A DNA stretch of 56,789 nt from Octopus bimaculoides (GCF_001194135.2 NC_068988.1:39782529-39839317), one strand, 5' to 3'; positions 1 to 12,899 are shown, numbered from the stretch's first letter. Numbers and translations are program-made. The notes: generated by a model not told the origin, from the letters alone.

Positions 1-20
1 ACACACACACACACACACAC
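1..20. repeat. (AC)n microsatellite at window start
   Basis: Direct: acacacac... run. Confidence 0.95.
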
Positions 21-1902
21 AGAAAGTTTAAAAGTTGTTTTCATTTAAGTTAAAATAGAAGCTTCTGTATAAAATAAATTCGAAGAAGCACTATCTATCA
101 CAAAACATATTTCTGTTAATTTTCTTTGAAGAAGCAACAGTAAACTAAAATATGTTTGTGCTAGAGAACGAATTGTCATTTCGTTCAATTTACTTTTTGA
201 TTCACTTATCAATCATAAATGTGGTCGTCACGCGACCTACTGTATATAACAGCCGAATCGTACACAGCTGAAAGGTGACAAGAATAGCAACTCTAAGCAT
301 ATATGAATGAACGAACCATCGGCAGAGAAAATGCGCGAACATTTCAATTGTTAAAAATACCAGATTAATAACCTTTAAGTAACAGTAATACTTTAAAATG
401 AAAGTTGTCCTGTACAATACAGCCGTAGAAATACAAAGCAAGAAAAAGAAATGGATAGCTAAGATTTAAACCGTGTGTATGTAAAATATATATTAACACT
501 TGCCCACTGAATAGGTTTATTAAATTGGAATTATAATTATAAACAAAAAACCACTTTCGCGGGGCAAGTGGTGAATTCTCGAGATTTCAATGGACTAAGA
601 GATGCATAATGAAGTGAATCTGATATGTGTTAGCTACAGTGATATCTTTAGTCATGTTTTAGACTTATCTGACCTTTACAGCATATAATATTCAACAGTA
701 CTTGAAAGACCGCATGACAATTAATAAATGTTATGATGTGGAAATTTCCTGATTAGGCATTGTAATAATGCAAATAGAAATATTCAGAAATACATTTTTA
801 TATGTCATAACGTGTATGACATAACAAATAGAAGGTGAAGAAGTATTTCAACGCACGCTAATAATGTTTGGATTAACATTTCAAGCCGTACTTTAATAAT
901 TATCAAATAGTAATAATACAGCCTTTTAATCACCAGGATTTCTGTTTTCTTTTACAACCTTCATTTATTAACCAGAATACCTATATCTTTTCTCTGTGGC
1001 ATCAAATCGCTCCAGCGTTCCGTTCCCCTTGTTAGCTTCCTACCTCACACGAACATCATCCATAATTCTTGTCATCTTCTCTTTAGTTAAAATCTCTATC
1101 ATAAGGGCGATGATTTTCTTGCATTTTTCTATTATGGTTTTCAGCAAGTCCTTGTGCAAAACGAAAATCATAAATATAATAATTCAAAATATGGAGTAAA
1201 ATATTGGCAAAATTATTCCGTTTACTAAAAGTTGCGTTTTCAGCACATACTTTGACATTTATTTATACTAATCATGCAAAACTGCAGGTTGTCTCTGATT
1301 ACAATTAAAGACATTAACTGATGAAAAGGACAATGGACGATACAGGCATGAGATGATGTAAGGCAAATAAAGAGAGCTGAACTTAAGACCTACTATTATT
1401 TTGGACGTTATCACGTATTTACTAATTTTATTCAAGATATTCAGTCAATGAAAGCCAATTAATGCTAGACTAACGTATTCAAATTTACATCGTAGCGTTT
1501 TCTAAGGATGAGTAAATGTTTTGAATTATTTGCAGTACTTTCAATTATATTTTGTTAATCCCATTTGGAACAGAGCTGCATGTTCTTTCAAAGTGTAAAC
1601 AATGAGACAATGAATTAGTGCACTTTTATTTTGTACTGTATAAAAGCCTCGCAAGTAAATATGCTTCTCTGATGAATATTTCAGATAAAATTTAAGCGAG
1701 AAATGTATAAGAGGTAAAGACAAGTTAATTGTGGATGTTAGCAATAGTTTTATATCACGACATAAATAAAACAATTACGCCTGTTATACTTGCACTAAAT
1801 AGCACTTGTATACGAGGAACTCTAGAGTGTGATCCAAACATGCGTGAGTATAGAGGTATAGTTTATATCAGTTTTTTTCTCTCTCTGTATATGTATATGT
1901 AG

Positions 1903-1934
<32 letters not shown>

Positions 1935-2469
1935 NNNNNNNNNNNNNNNNNNNNNNNNNNNNNNNNNNNNNNNNNNNNNNNNNNNNNNNNNNNNNNNNNN
2001 NNNNNNNNNNNNNNNNNNNNNNNNNNNNNNNNNNNNNNNNNNNNNNNNNNNNNNNNNNNNNNNNNNNNNNNNNNNNNNNNNNNNNNNNNNNNNNNNNNNN
2101 NNNNNNNNNNNNNNNNNNNNNNNNNNNNNNNNNNNNNNNNNNNNNNNNNNNNNNNNNNNNNNNNNNNNNNNNNNNNNNNNNNNNNNNNNNNNNNNNNNNN
2201 NNNNNNNNNNNNNNNNNNNNNNNNNNNNNNNNNNNNNNNNNNNNNNNNNNNNNNNNNNNNNNNNNNNNNNNNNNNNNNNNNNNNNNNNNNNNNNNNNNNN
2301 NNNNNNNNNNNNNNNNNNNNNNNNNNNNNNNNNNNNNNNNNNNNNNNNNNNNNNNNNNNNNNNNNNNNNNNNNNNNNNNNNNNNNNNNNNNNNNNNNNNN
2401 NNNNNNNNNNNNNNNNNNNNNNNNNNNNNNNNNNNNNNNNATATACAGAGAGAGAGAGAGAGAGAGAGA

Positions 2470-3450
2470 TGAGTATGAAAGGAAACGTAAGGAACTGCGT
2501 AAATTTGGTGTTATAACTGCAATTCTAAAACATAGTTGACAAGAATACTGTTTGCTGAGTAGAGCAGATAATGATTTCAACAACTTCAATATGATGGGAC
2601 CTAGTACGATCATAGGGCCAATGAACATGCATATTATAGTATTGAACGATGCTATTGACATATATATTGAAAACTATCCTGGAATGAAGAAATGATACGC
2701 TGACGGAAGCGTCATTTCTATCAAGAAAGAAGTTCATACTTTGTTCAAGGTGGATGCTAATTTGTTTGCAAATTTGCATTGTGCAACCTTTGCTATCTGG
2801 AGTTTTCTACAAAGTGTAAACTTCATTTTAGGATATTTGAATAATAATTCATCGAAAAACATCACGAATAGTCATTGTTAGCAGTATCACTACTTGCTCT
2901 TATCTTTGTGTCTTTAGATTAAAATGTTTCTAGTTCAAAAATTATTTTTATACCTTTAATAACTATTTTAAAATTCAATTGTAAATATTTCTATAGGCAA
3001 TATGTAGGAATCCATTATATGCTGTCTGCTTAATGAAAGTGAAGAACTAATTGAAAAAGACGTTGATGCAACTTATAATGCTAAATGTTAGTATTATTTT
3101 TAGAATTAGTTTATTATAAGAGAAATAGTAATTATTTTTTTAAAGAGTAGACTGGCACGCAACAACGTCAGAATCGGCTACGCTGCTTCTAAATCCTTTC
3201 AGAAATTAATGATAAATAGATTTGAAGAAGCTGATGAGACATGTAATGAACAAGAGAAAGAAATTTAGAAACTCCTAGAATGAATCAAACAAAGAATAAT
3301 GGTAAATACAAACCTGCTAATAATTACTCTTAAACAATTACTGATTTTATTAAACAGTTTTCATGAAGTAGTTTTCTAATTATGGGATGGCTTGGGATTA
3401 TATGACAAACTCAAAGAATCCTCTCTGATAGAACAGAGCTATAGTTAATT
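2470..3450 (+). pseudogene. Decayed coding-like segment resembling the C-terminal half of a VLIG/GVIN1-like very large GTPase
   Basis: Manual translation across stops and frameshifts: ...YIENYPGMKK*YADGSVISIKKEVHTLFKVDANLFANLHCATFAIWSF..., FYRQYV/RNPLYA, KSRLARNNVRIGYAASKSFQKLMINRFEE..., LWDGLGLYDKLKES. The motif order resembles my recollection of VLIG C-termini (FKVD..LH....AI..F; Y..YI.NP; KSR; W.G..PY.K). No database search was run. Confidence 0.35.
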
Positions 3451-4440
3451 ATGTTCCATCTCTTCATATTCCATGAATTCCATATTTCTACATTATCTAA
3501 TGTATTCTTACGATGGTTACTATTTTAAGGCTCAAACGCAGTTCGAATGTTATATTTAGTCAGTCGGACGGTCACGCACATTCACCCATGGTAATAGTTT
3601 CGAGTAATTTACTGTCTTGTTTAACTCTTGATCAAACCTGATCAAGCAGGCGTATGATAAAAGGACTCCAGTCATGAATATATTTAGCTGTATTAAGGGC
3701 TGCGCTATGTAAATTGCTATATACTATACGGCAGCATGCTTTGTGAGGGAAACTTAAATACGTTTTTCAGCAGGTCATTTAATTATATAGTGGCTACGTA
3801 ATTATGTAGTTGAATGTAGTTATGATTCGGAGTTAGTCAACGGTTTAGAATAAGGTACAGTATTCTTAATAACAATATCTGTCATTGATCTCACACAACT
3901 TTTACAAACAGCTCAGCTCATTCAAGCTCTACTTCATTTTCAGAATGTTAGGTACAAAGTAAGTTAATGCATGCCCAATTGTTTTTACATCTTCTTTTAG
4001 GATAGTTTTAATCCGTTACGGCGGGACACCATCGCCTGCAGCAGTGGCTACGGAATCAATCAAATGGCAAAATGTCTGTCTAGGTTTCTGAAATGACATT
4101 AACTTCACTAAATTCTTTCCTCAAAACCGTGAGAAAAATTATTCCCATCTCCCCATTCTTCACTGATAAAAGAAAAACAATTTTGATAAGCAATCTGGTG
4201 TTAGGTATAGTTTTCTGAAAAATATAAGTGAAGGATGTAGCTTGATGCTTGATAAGCCTGCTCCATCAAAGTCATTTTATGTCAAAAGGCTTTTACTATT
4301 TACACAGATATAAATATCTCTATAAATCGAATATCGCTGAAGAAACAAGCTAACGATTTTGTTTAATCAGAACAATAATACAACCGAACATATTTCAACT
4401 ATAATGTTTTACCTAAAGATACAATAAAATAAATGCGCCC

Positions 4441-4657
4441 TTTTAAAGCCTAGCCAAGCTCGTAAGCCCATTTTACAGGTTTCAATGACGCCAGTCCATC
4501 GAAGCGTTACTCATTTTTGCCAGCTGAGTGAACTGGAGCAGCGTGAAATGAAGTGTTTTGCTCAAGAACACAACGCGTCGCCTGGGCCAGGAATCGAAAC
4601 CACAACCTTACGATCATGATGTTGACACCCCTAACCACTAAGCCACGTACCTCCACA
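4441..4657 (-). mobile_element. tRNA-derived CORE-type SINE (Octopus-like)
   Basis: Minus strand: A box TGGCTTAGTGGT (4634-4645), B-box-like GGTTTCGATTC (4591-4601), then TGTGTTCTTGAGCAAAACACTT resembling the CORE motif. A related copy lies at 12020-12320. Confidence 0.85.
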
Positions 4658-5065
4658 CCTAAAGATATAACTAAATTCAATTTATTTATTTGTTGATTTA
4701 ACTTTCTTCAATTTATCTAAATCAACTGAAGAGAATTCGAAATACTTGATGAATGATCTCCATACAATGGGACTATCTTCCACTCACATTTTACTATCGA
4801 ATATACAGACTTTCTCATATCGCATTTCAACCGCGTGGATTTACTGCCGAAATTATAAAGATAATAAAAATTATGAGTACAGAATTATACGACAACATTT
4901 TTATATAGATGGATATTATACGCTCTCAAGGTTTCTAAATTTTATAGGTTTATCGGAAACATTCTTAGTCATATATTACGTTTTAGCAAACTGAAAGGAG
5001 AGAATATAATTAAGTTTATCTAATTAAAAGCTGAAATCGTTATCTCCATGGTTGATATGCTGAAG

Positions 5066-6082
5066 ATTGCACTAAGTATTCAATTTTAATTAAATAGTGG
5101 ATAATCTGGAATGCATCATTTCTGTATAACGTTGTACTTTATTTACATGTGCATTCTATCGTGAGATGCAATTTACACTTACGCACACGTTATGTATGTA
5201 TGATTATATGTTTATATACGTATGGTATCTCTTTCAAATATTTTCCAGCAAATCGTGTAAATACAGGAAGGAAGATAAGAGTTTGAATAGTCCTATTCCT
5301 GAATTTGAAAATTCTAAGGATTCTAGAAGTAATTTGTTCCGATGCATTGCACTAAAGAATAAATCAACACTAAAAGTGGTGCAGCCAACTCAATCCAAAG
5401 CTTCTCTGCTACGAATTAAGACATTTTCAGACTTGAAAAATACAAGAAGTGAAAGCAATCTTGCATATAAATAATTTAGGAAAGGAACAGCGAAGAAATC
5501 TTCTCCAAAACAGTGTTTATTGCTTCCGTTCCGTAGCAATATCTGCATGAATAAAAAAAAAGAAGAAAAATTAACAAAAAACGAATAGTGTGTTGACGAA
5601 ACTTCGCCGATCCAGTTTGTCGAGTACATAGCATAAATCATTTATATCTTTGATCAAATTTTACACCACTTCAAATACATTATCGTAAATGGTGCAGCAC
5701 GTACTTCTAGTTTATTTTGGCAACGTTTTAATGTAAAATTGCGGACATTTCAATTGCATATATGTAAGTAAAATGGACATCATAAATTTTACAGAAGTAT
5801 TTAGGTATATTTATATGAATGCATATGCTTGACACACATCAAATGTATGTTTAGTGTGTATGCATATATCGGTATTTCTTTCTGTATTTACACGATTTGC
5901 TGGAAAATATTTGAAAGAGATACCATACGTATATAAACATATAATCATACATACATAACGTGTGCGTAAGTGTAAATTGCATCTCACGATAGAATGCACG
6001 TGTAAATAAAGTACAACGTTATACAGAAATGATGCATTCCAGATTATCCACTATTTAATTAAAATTGAATATTTAGTGCAAT
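5066..6082. repeat. Long near-perfect inverted repeat: 201-bp arms 5066-5266 and 5882-6082, 615-bp spacer
   Basis: Manual alignment of the left arm to the reverse complement of the right arm gives 2 transition mismatches and no gaps. Confidence 0.92.
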
Positions 6083-6589
6083 GTAATTAGATATTTACAC
6101 ACAATTTTCTGTTAATGTATTCCGAATATCATGTTTGTATACGTATAAATTATAGTTTAATTGCATATATAATTCGTACCTTCTATGATCTCGTCATCTT
6201 CCCTGATTGTTGACAATCGTTTTACGCGTATTCCTACGAATATATGACTAAAATTGTTTCTAGATTTTGAAATTTATTTCTTTAATATTTATTTTCACTA
6301 TTATTATATACGCGTCTTCTTAGCTTTCAGAATAGAGTCGAAAAGTCATTCATAGAATAGTAAAGTTTTGGAAAATTATATTGAATAGCGGGCAACTTTT
6401 CTTTTATTTATATTGTTTCGGTAACTTATTTCACCTCAGTTTTCTCGTCTTGTCACTGAAACAAATTATTGATATTCGATTTTTGTATTTGAAGAAAAAA
6501 AAAAAGAATGTAAAATAAGTGGAAGTCGAACCGGCACTAAAAGAGAATGACCTTCCTCAGACACAAATTATTGATATTACCCCATCTGA

Positions 6590-6955
6590 GAGGCAGCGAG
6601 CATACCGGGTGAAATGCTCAGCGGCATTTCGTCTGTCTTTATGTTCTGAGTTCAAATTTCGCAAGGGCGACTTTGCCTTTCATACTTTCGAAATGGATAA
6701 AATAAGTACCAAATGAACACTGGGGTTGATGTAATCCACTAACCCCTTCTTAAATTTCTGGCCCTGTGCAAAAACTTTAAAGCCAACATTACCATAATCT
6801 GTATGAGCGTGAGTTGGCAGAGCCGTCAGTACGCCGGGCAAATACTTAGCGGCATTTCGTTGGTCCTTACGTTCTGAGTTCAAATTCCGCCGAAGTTAAC
6901 TTTGCCTTTCATCCTTCCAGGACTAATAAAATAAAGTACCGGTTGCGCACTGGTC
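6590..6955 (+). mobile_element. Two adjacent copies of an abundant Octopus-type SINE (about 6590-6780 and 6808-6955)
   Basis: Both share aaatgct(c/t)agcggcatttcgt...gttctgagttcaaatt..gc...gactttgcctttcat...ataaaataagtacc. The same family occurs at 15215-15431 (+) and 56235-56410 (-). Confidence 0.85.
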
Positions 6956-7049
6956 AATAATCACGACTAGCCCTGTCCGTAAAATGTTGGGTCTTGTACA
7001 TGTAATAACAAGGATATTACCATAACCATTCATTATAATATAACATTGT

Positions 7050-7597
7050 ATCATACGAAAATCAGGATTTTGGACATCCTTTTTAAATATACGGTATTGT
7101 GAATCGAGAATTCGTCACCCAGAACCAGGCCGTCAATGGAGAGTTCTATTCCAGCTCTTTGAAGCGTTTGATGGAGAACATTCAAAGAAAGCGACCGGAT
7201 CTGTGGAGCGCAAAAAATTGAATTCTTAAAGATGACAATGTACCCTGTCACTGAGCTCTCCTCAATCAAGAGTTTCTCGCCAAAAACAACGTGGTATTGC
7301 TTCTGCATCTACCCTTTTCGACATTTAGCATCTACGGACTTGTATCTCATCTCGAAAATGAAAATGAAGAACAAAGCTCGCTATTTTAATGCCGTTGTCG
7401 AGATCCAGAATGAATCGGAGAAGGTCCTCGACTCGCTTACGAAATCGACTTCCAGGCCGGAATGTGGCAGGAATGCTGGGACCAGTGTGTTGCTACGCAA
7501 GGTTATCATTTCGAAGGAGATGATGTTAAAGCTTAGGTATATTAGTTATTTTTTATTAAACATAACTAATCCCGAAACGTTTTGATACCACCTCGTA
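7050..7597 (+). mobile_element. Mariner-type (Tc1/mariner) transposon, 3' fragment with right TIR
   Basis: Frameshifted translation: GIVNREFVTQNQAVNGEFYSSSLKRLMENIQRKRPDLWSAKN*ILKDDNVPCH*ALLNQEFLAKNN, YPFRHLASTDLYLISKMKMKNKARYFNAVVEIQNESEKVLDSL, QECWDQCVATQGYHFEGD. TIR at about 7568-7595 reads TACGAGGTGGTATCAAAACGTTTCGGGATT on the minus strand, including the TA target at 7596-7597. Confidence 0.9.
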
Positions 7598-8599
7598 CAA
7601 ATACTCTGTGCAGAGGTTCTTGAACACAATATTGTGAGTCGTATTTCTGGAACTCAAGAGAGTACTAACAGCAGCTTAAAGTTTATCTAACTTTAAAAAT
7701 CTTAATATCAAAGTATCCGCTGCTATTGTGTTTGATATCAACACTCCAGCATATTGAGCACTTTGGAACTGCTTTAATCTATGCGTGCCGAATACTTACT
7801 GTGGTCGTTTTTATAGCATTATAACACTGGAGAACAAGGTTTTTGTAATTGAGTGTTGGATGCATATTACGTAGTAATTGCAGGGTGCTGATTTCACAAA
7901 TGATATCCATTTTGTTCTCTCACATGAAGGTTTTTCACTAACTGAAATGCCCCTTTTTCAACATTTTAATATTGTCAGCAATTATAAGGATAAATTTAGC
8001 TTCATGAAATTCAAATCCATATATGGGGCTTGCCATAACAATTTTTAAATAGCATTTAATTCAAATATAACTACAAAAGTGAAAACAAATGTCATAATTT
8101 AAGTAGCTTTAGTAAATAAAATGTATCAAACTTGAGCGACCATCACTATTTTCAGTCAAATCAATTTTAAATGTCATTATGATGAAAATAATGTGCTTTT
8201 GTACAAGTAGATATTAATAAATCCATTTCCCAAACCTTTGATATTATTCAAGTCTTATATTTGTGGCAATTGTGTGTATTTATGCTCACACTGTGGTTGA
8301 TTTAGAGTGACTATCAGAGTAAACCAGACGAGATACGATTTGTTGAACCTTTAAATATTTCGTATGAAAGTTGGTGTTTTGAATGCACCTTTAATGGTTT
8401 ATGAGGTCACATGAGTCAAGGTCACTTTTAATGAAGCATGATCAAAGAATCACAGAAAAAATTTCGTGGTATGTGTGCTCTTTATGAAACTTTGCTATCG
8501 CGAATCTAAATTTACTTCCTCTATAACTGTTCTGAATTTTTGAAAATACTATTCTCAGGTGACAACTGGCTCCAATATATATCTTATATTTCTGAAATA

Positions 8600-9260
8600 T
8601 AGCCTGTTGTAAGAGAAGAAAATAGAAAAACAGCCCAGATGTCGTCTGTTATGTTTGTGGATATTACATTTTACCCAGGCAGCGAAAGAAAATCACAGAT
8701 TTAATGAAGAAAACCAACTATAATTACTTTGGCATGAAACTGGACAATAGAGACAAAACCTGAGAACCCCATATATTGTCTGAAATATGTGCTGAAACAC
8801 CGAAACAGGTACTGTTTCAAGTACTTTAGCAGAAACCTCCCAGCTTTTATTGTGAAAAAATTATTTTTGATTTGTTTGATGGGCTACTGATTAGGTGGTT
8901 ATTGCAGAACGAGCAGGTTTTGGAGACCATGTCTGGTATTGAAAATAAACCATGAAATGCTTTTATTACAGTAGTCTGATTACTTGGAAAACAGAAAGAC
9001 ATCGAATTAGGAAGAATGTGCAGAGACTGTTAACAAGTTTTCGCATACGGTGATGCGACGCGACTGTGAAAGTACATTTCTTGCACAGTCCTCTAGACTA
9101 CTTCTCTGAAAATCTTGGTGCAATAAATGACGAGCAAGGAGAAAAGATTCCACCTGGACATCGAAATCATGGAGACATGGTATTAAGGCTGGTAGATCAC
9201 AAGCATAATTGTTGACTATTACTGGTCTCTACAAAGAGACTGTCATGATGCAAGTTATTC
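8600..9260 (+). mobile_element. Internally deleted DNA-transposase remnant, Chapaev3-like (CMC group)
   Basis: N-terminal Cys-rich NSPDVVCYVCGYYILPRQRKKITDLMKKTNYNYFGMKLDNRDKT*EPH joined to C-terminal VKVHFLHSPLDYFSENLGAINDEQGE/RFHLDIEIMETWY*G...DYYWSLQRD. The motifs are clearly a known animal transposase family; the name Chapaev3 is from recall. Confidence 0.7.
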
Positions 9261-9845
9261 ACACAAAGAATCAAAAGAAGTCCACTCCTTCAGAAGCAGA
9301 AACTTTAGTTTCTCAAACTTCTTCCCCTAAGATGTGTCATAAAACGTTGTGTGTAATAAATTTGTTAAACACTAAAATATACTATTTGGTTTGTCTTAGT
9401 TTCTTAACCCAGTGCTGCATTTCATGGCAAAATAGAGATATTTTGGTACACAATGAAGTCTTATTTAACAAAAATCTTGACATGAACGCAAACGATAGAA
9501 AATTTCTGTGGGTGTTACTGAATCCAACACCACCAAAGTAGGCAGGACTAATTGCTAAAAGCAAGGCTAGTGAAAATATTTTCGAAAATGTTCCTCCCGT
9601 CTTAGTAATAAACTGATTAAAGCAGCTGTCTAGCCCTATTACTTACAGACAAGCAATACAATTGTACTTATTAAGAGAGTACGAATTAGAACAAAAAAAG
9701 AAAAATTGTGATGGAAAAAATAAAACTGATTGTAGCTTTGAAGACATCATGCCGATTTAAGTCTAAATGAAGTGAAAAGGCAAATTCAACTGAAGTTACT
9801 TTCAAAATTGTCCTTCTGTGTAATGAGTAATCTGAGGACATAAAC

Positions 9846-10150
9846 CAGGGGATCTCTGCCGGGGTCCATATAAGATTTTGGGGGTCCATGGATGCAATAT
9901 TGTACATTGGAGGTCCACAGTAATTTTTCAGGGTATGAAAAAATGTGCCTCATATCAGTAAAGTTTATTTGTAATAAATTGGTTATACATTGGCAATACA
10001 CAAAATATTTAGCAAATTTTATACAAATCCTAATGAAATTAAAAAAAAAAATGCTATAGGAATTTTTAAACAATGAATGACTATTGGGCTCTACTTAAGT
10101 ACAATAGAAATGGAAGGTGTCCATAGGTAAAAAATGGTTTTGAACCCCTG
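9846..10150. mobile_element. hAT-like (Charlie-type) MITE
   Basis: Ends CAGGGATCTC... and ...GAACCCCTG (imperfect CAGGG TIRs); about 305 bp, non-coding. No matching 8-bp TSD found. Confidence 0.55.
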
Positions 10151-10399
10151 GTACACTTTGCTAAATTTGTTGCACCGAAAAAATTGTAATCCAGAGGAAT
10201 ATTCGTTGTTCAAAACATCCAACTAGAGAAAATACTCACATGTACATATATTCTGATACTTATTCAATTGAATGTAGATGACATAGAACAAAAGCAAATG
10301 GAACTTCAAATTTCAGTCGTTTAGCCATCTTTCATATCATACATGTTGGATTTTAACAGAATCTTTTTAAAACAGAATATTTACAAGTGCATGTCCTCG

Positions 10400-11810
10400 G
10401 GGATGACTTCATCATTAACATGACACACAAGAACAAAGCCAACATTTCTCATTATAATGCACCGAGTAAACTGACACGATTCCCAATCATTTTGGAAAAT
10501 GCCAACAGAAATGTAATTTTTCGTTTTTCTACATTTTCCCTATATAAGAAGCCAGGTCAATATGCAATTAAATCTTGCAATCTTAACATCTCTGTAATGT
10601 TACTTGCATTAACATTTATAGAGAATATCGTTCTCACAAACTCTTGATCTTTTATACCACTCTTTGTTGCTCTTGAATTTGTTCTAATGTTAGTGGATTA
10701 TAATTATCTCTCTAACAAATTCATTTAGCAACTCCTCTAATCAAATCTCCTAGGTGTTGTAGTTTGATCCAGCCATTGCCCTGTGGAAAGATTTTAAGCA
10801 TTTTCATGCTGAACCTACAGCATATTTTGTTGCACATCTCTTACCACCCTTATTTACAGTCATTAGTTAATACTGTTCAAGGGAATAGTATGCCCTGGCC
10901 AATGAGTATGTTAGTAAACTAATAATTAATCCTGTATCGTATCACAATAAGATTATGTTATCCAGTTATTATCCAACGTAGAATATTTGTCTGTATGCAA
11001 CCAGATTCTTCATCTTCATTACTTTAATCTTCCGAAAATATTTTTGAGCGCCTTCACCAAAGTTATTTTTGCCCTTTAGTAGATAACGTTTCTTATAAAG
11101 CATACATTTTAACTTGTTTTCTTTTTCCAAATTAGTAAAGGAATTGAAGAGTCTTCAGAGAATCATTGAATTATTTCCGATTCAAGAAACAAATTTCTAT
11201 GTTTAAAGTGGAAAATGTGATTCCGTGACACTACAAATATATATTTGATATACATAAATGATGCTATTTATTTAGCCTGAAGAGAATGGATGTCGAAATT
11301 AAAAAAATATATATAGAGAAAAACAAATTGACAAGGTGCAGTCTAGAAATATCTAAACCTAATTAGCGAATCAATGGCAAGATATTCAGTCAAGAAAAGG
11401 CAGACATTTAAAATGAATAAACATAACAGATGAATATAAAAAGAGAAATATTATTTAATGCAATTGCATTTAGAAAGAATGTTTAAGTGCTCATTAGTTC
11501 ATAATATTTAAAGAAAATTTTAACAAGTAGCAGTAGAGTTCAAATACCGTATGTAGCAAATATCAATAATAATGGTTGACACCAGAATATAGATGACAGT
11601 TTAATATCAGATGCAGAGTATAAATATTTAGTAATAATAACTGGCTATCTGTTGTTTGTGGATTCGTCTTAATCCAAAATTCTGCATATCTTGCAGAAAA
11701 ATCTCTTTCCATATTCAAGGCGTCCATTTTGCACAAATATGAATAATGACGATTGAGAAAAAATGTTAGAATTTTTTTTCGTTGCTTGCCTTGACTGCAT
11801 TCCATAGTCT
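10400..11810 (-). pseudogene. Possible decayed VLIG-like extreme C-terminal remnant
   Basis: Minus-strand fragments ARYAEFWIK, KSFHRAMAG and KNYISVGIFQNDW are only loosely reminiscent of VLIG C-terminal motifs, and the spacing is imperfect. Confidence 0.15.
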
Positions 11811-12019
11811 TTAGACACTGAGGCCGCTAATTCTGAGAACAGAACCTACATTCAGTACATCTTGATACAATCTCTTAACTAGTGATCGTATCAAATTTCT
11901 ACAATGTGCGTCATTGGCAGTATATTATATCATATGTGTGGTGCTTATTTACATGTAAGTTGAAGGGGTGGAGGAGAAAAGCTTGGATAATGGACATCAG
12001 AATACATACAGCAATACTG

Positions 12020-12320
12020 GCGGTCCATTAGGCACGACAGAAAGGGTTCCATTTGATCCGACCAATAGAACAGCCTGCTCGTTAAATTAACGTGCTAGAG
12101 GCTGAGCACTCCACAGACAGGCGTACCATTAACGTAGTTCTCAGGGATATTCAGCAGGACAGAGAATGTGATCAGGTACTGCTCATTTTTTCCAGCTGAG
12201 TGAACTGGAGCAACGTGAAATAAAGTGTCTTGCTCAAGAACACAATGCACTGCTGTGAATCGAACTCTTGACCTTACAACCGTGAGCCAATTGCCCTTAC
12301 CACTAAGCCACGTGTCTTCA
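12020..12320 (-). mobile_element. tRNA-derived CORE-type SINE
   Basis: Minus strand: GTGGCTTAGTGGTAAGG (A box), GAGTTCGATTCAC (B box), TGTGTTCTTGAGCAAGACACTT, followed by a longer body. Same family as 4441-4657. Confidence 0.88.
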
Positions 12321-12899
12321 CACAGTAATACTAACGCTTGACAAATTAGACATGTTAATACTTCTGAGCGTGCTCTATCAAACTAGCATCTTCTGCATCA
12401 TCTCTCTCTCTGTCAGGATAACTAGTAAGTCATTACGATCAGCGAGCTATGTACATACAGTAAGTAAGAAGTTACAAAAACGTAAACACGGATGTTTGCA
12501 ACTCATGTATATTGACTTCAGGAGGAAAAATCTTTACAAAGCAGAAGACCGAAATAGTCATCTTATAAACACTTAATTACAATTCGCTACAGTCCATTCA
12601 GATATAAATGGGTAACCTTGTGACGGATTGGTATACAAGGGTGAGATGCTAACTCAATACAATTACTCAAATCAAGATCTCACGAGCTATGTTTTGTATT
12701 CGGCGATGGAGAAGAAGAATAGTACAATCCGTACTTCGAATACCGACTCGATGGGATTGGTTATTCAATAATGTAGAAGGAAGAATGAGTGAATGAATAG
12801 TAATCAGATTACTAATTTAGACTGATCAAATAAGATTTACCCGTATAACAGTAAGACTTCTATGGTGTCGGCTGATTTTATTCTCCTATGGAAACGAGA

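Noticed and set aside
497-570. 9-bp inverted repeat CACTTGCCC/GGGCAAGTG enclosing 56 bp
   Set aside because: Too short and lacking a TSD; could be chance or an unassignable MITE relic.
1040-1160. Minus-strand exon-like frame DLLKTIIEKCKKIIALMIEILTKEKMTRIMDDVR with plausible AG/GT ends
   Set aside because: No homology recognised and no neighbouring exons; may be another decayed coding remnant but cannot be assigned.
5166-5641. 102-aa plus-strand ORF and overlapping minus ORF inside the inverted-repeat spacer
   Set aside because: No recognisable domain. The plus ORF starts inside the repeat arm and the frames hit stops. Not supportable as a gene without expression data.
4441-12320. A/B boxes suggesting tRNA genes at about 4590-4650 and 12250-12315
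   Set aside because: No cloverleaf or acceptor stem; they continue into SINE bodies, so they are tRNA-derived SINE heads.
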